From: an uncultured delta proteobacterium
GTDB lineage: Bacteria > Myxococcota_A > Polyangia > Polyangiales > Polyangiaceae
Length of the DNA stretch: 64,000 nucleotides
NCBI GenBank assembly: GCA_963806225.1
Contig: CAWDXG010000004.1
Coordinates: 1,056,001 to 1,120,000, forward strand
Direction: 5' to 3'
This document shows positions 62,700-64,000 of the stretch, piece after piece. Numbering within the stretch: position 1 is the first letter of the stretch; every line of letters starts with the position of its first letter. A model generated the notes under the pieces. It made no database searches, was not told where the DNA came from, and saw only the letters and a list, made by a program, of their open reading frames with translations. The position numbers and the translations under genes were made by a program.

Positions 62700-63200
62700 A
62701 TGCATTCCAGACTCGACCCTGATGCCAGCGACCGCGACTGGGGTCGTCGCGCGCTGAATCCGCGGAGCCGCCGCGTCGCGGTCGCGCTCGTAGAGGGCGT
62801 GCTGGCCGATACCGACGACGCAGGCCGGATCGTGGCCGCGTCGCCCGAGCTCGCCGAACGCACGGTCGAAGGCGTCGATCTGATGATCGGCGCGGCCAGC
62901 CCGCAGGCCCAGCGCGTGTGGCGCGTCGGGCTGCTGCTGCTGGAGTGGCTGCCGCTGTTCTACCTGCACGTGCTGTCGCGTATGAGCCGACTGCCGATCG
63001 CCCGGCGCGTGCTGTACCTGGAGCGCGTGGAACGGACGCGCTTCGGACTGCTCTCTGCGCTCCTGGCCGGGCTCAAGGTGAGCATCTGCATCCACGGCTA
63101 CGAGGACGATCCGGAGCTGGCCGCAACAGGCTTCGACCGCGGCGATCTGGCAGCGCGGCGGCGGCTTCCAGCGGCTTCGGCCGAGAGGGCCCGACCGTGA
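62700..63200 (+). CDS. Hypothetical protein coupled to the GMC oxidoreductase
   Basis: GTGA overlap with the downstream oxidoreductase; helical, ends with a GF motif. Confidence 0.55.
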   Translation: MHSRLDPDASDRDWGRRALNPRSRRVAVALVEGVLADTDDAGRIVAASPELAERTVEGVDLMIGAASPQAQRVWRVGLLLLEWLPLFYLHVLSRMSRLPIARRVLYLERVERTRFGLLSALLAGLKVSICIHGYEDDPELAATGFDRGDLAARRRLPAASAERARP

Positions 63201-64000
63201 ACGACATCGGGGCATCGGAGAGCATCGTCCAGGGCCGGCAGCTCGAAAAGGGCTTCGACGTGGGCTGCGACGCGGTCGTCGTCGGTTCCGGCGCCGGGGG
63301 TGCGGTCGTCGCCGCCACGCTCGCGGAGGCGGGCCTGGAAGTGATCGTGCTCGAGGAGGGCGCCTACTACCGCCCGGAGGAGTACGGCGCGTTCCGCCCG
63401 AGCGAGTCGCTCAGACGGCTCGGTCGCGAGTCGGGCATGATCGCGGCGCTGGGGCTGGGGCAGACGCCCATCATCGCGCTGATGGCGGGGCGCTGCGTCG
63501 GGGGCAGCAGCGTGATGACTGGCGGCGTGTGCTTCCGCATTCCGTCGCACGTGCACGATCACTGGGAGCAGGAGCTCGGGCTCGACGAGCTCGGCGAGCG
63601 TGGGCTCGAAGCGGCGTACGCCGCCGTGGAACGCCGCTGCCACATCGGCGAGGTGCCCCGGGCGCTGCGCTCCCGCTCGACGCAGCGCTTTGTGGACGGC
63701 GCCGGCGAGCTCGGCATCCCGATGTACCCGCTGAACCGCAACACCGACGGCTGCGAGGGCAACGCACGCTGCAACTTCGGCTGCCCCAAGGGCGCCAAGA
63801 TGAGCGTGGACGTGTCGTATCTGCCGGGCGCGCTCGAACACGGCGCGCGTGTCGTGTCGGACGCGCTCGTCGAGCGAGTGGTGTTCGACCGGGATCGCGC
63901 AACGGGCGTCGAGGGGCGACTGCTCGGCGGCGAGCACGGCGCTCCCGGCCATCGATTCCGCGTGCGCGCCCCGCTCGTGATCGTCGCGTGCGGCACCATC
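63197..64000 (+). CDS. GMC-family oxidoreductase, 3' end outside the window
   Basis: VVVGSGAGG FAD motif, VLEEG, GRCVGGSS, CNFGCPKGAK. Confidence 0.88.
   Translation, partial: MNDIGASESIVQGRQLEKGFDVGCDAVVVGSGAGGAVVAATLAEAGLEVIVLEEGAYYRPEEYGAFRPSESLRRLGRESGMIAALGLGQTPIIALMAGRCVGGSSVMTGGVCFRIPSHVHDHWEQELGLDELGERGLEAAYAAVERRCHIGEVPRALRSRSTQRFVDGAGELGIPMYPLNRNTDGCEGNARCNFGCPKGAKMSVDVSYLPGALEHGARVVSDALVERVVFDRDRATGVEGRLLGGEHGAPGHRFRVRAPLVIVACGTI

Overview
High-GC, gene-dense chromosomal window whose gene content points to a myxobacterium (inferred from RomX, Glt/Nfs-like TPR genes, a TIGR02266-type PilZ protein and Cys/Gly-rich lipoproteins). It carries housekeeping genes (rlmN, mazG, cysK, ygfZ, asnS, rluD, maf, era, der) and a small ACP + two KS/CLF-fusion cluster. 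A ~14.5-kb glt-like operon runs directly into a beta-barrel/OPX polysaccharide export pair and lies divergent from an ECF sigma/anti-sigma pair. Two accessory elements stand out. (1) A ~1.9-kb cassette between der and an ArsA-type ATPase (52.4-54.3 kb) holds two convergent four-helix-bundle (Avd/23S-IVS-like) genes. Each has its ribosome-binding site inside a perfect 25-26-bp hairpin, and the pair is bracketed by GACCG(C/T/AA) tandem arrays. (2) An internally deleted group II intron (7944-8970) has intact ends and an EBS1 that matches its insertion site in a GGCGGGAA repeat. Many genes carry single-base frameshifts, most likely sequencing/assembly indels. No rRNA, tRNA or CRISPR array was recognised. 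All calls come from reading the sequence by eye; no database searches were run.
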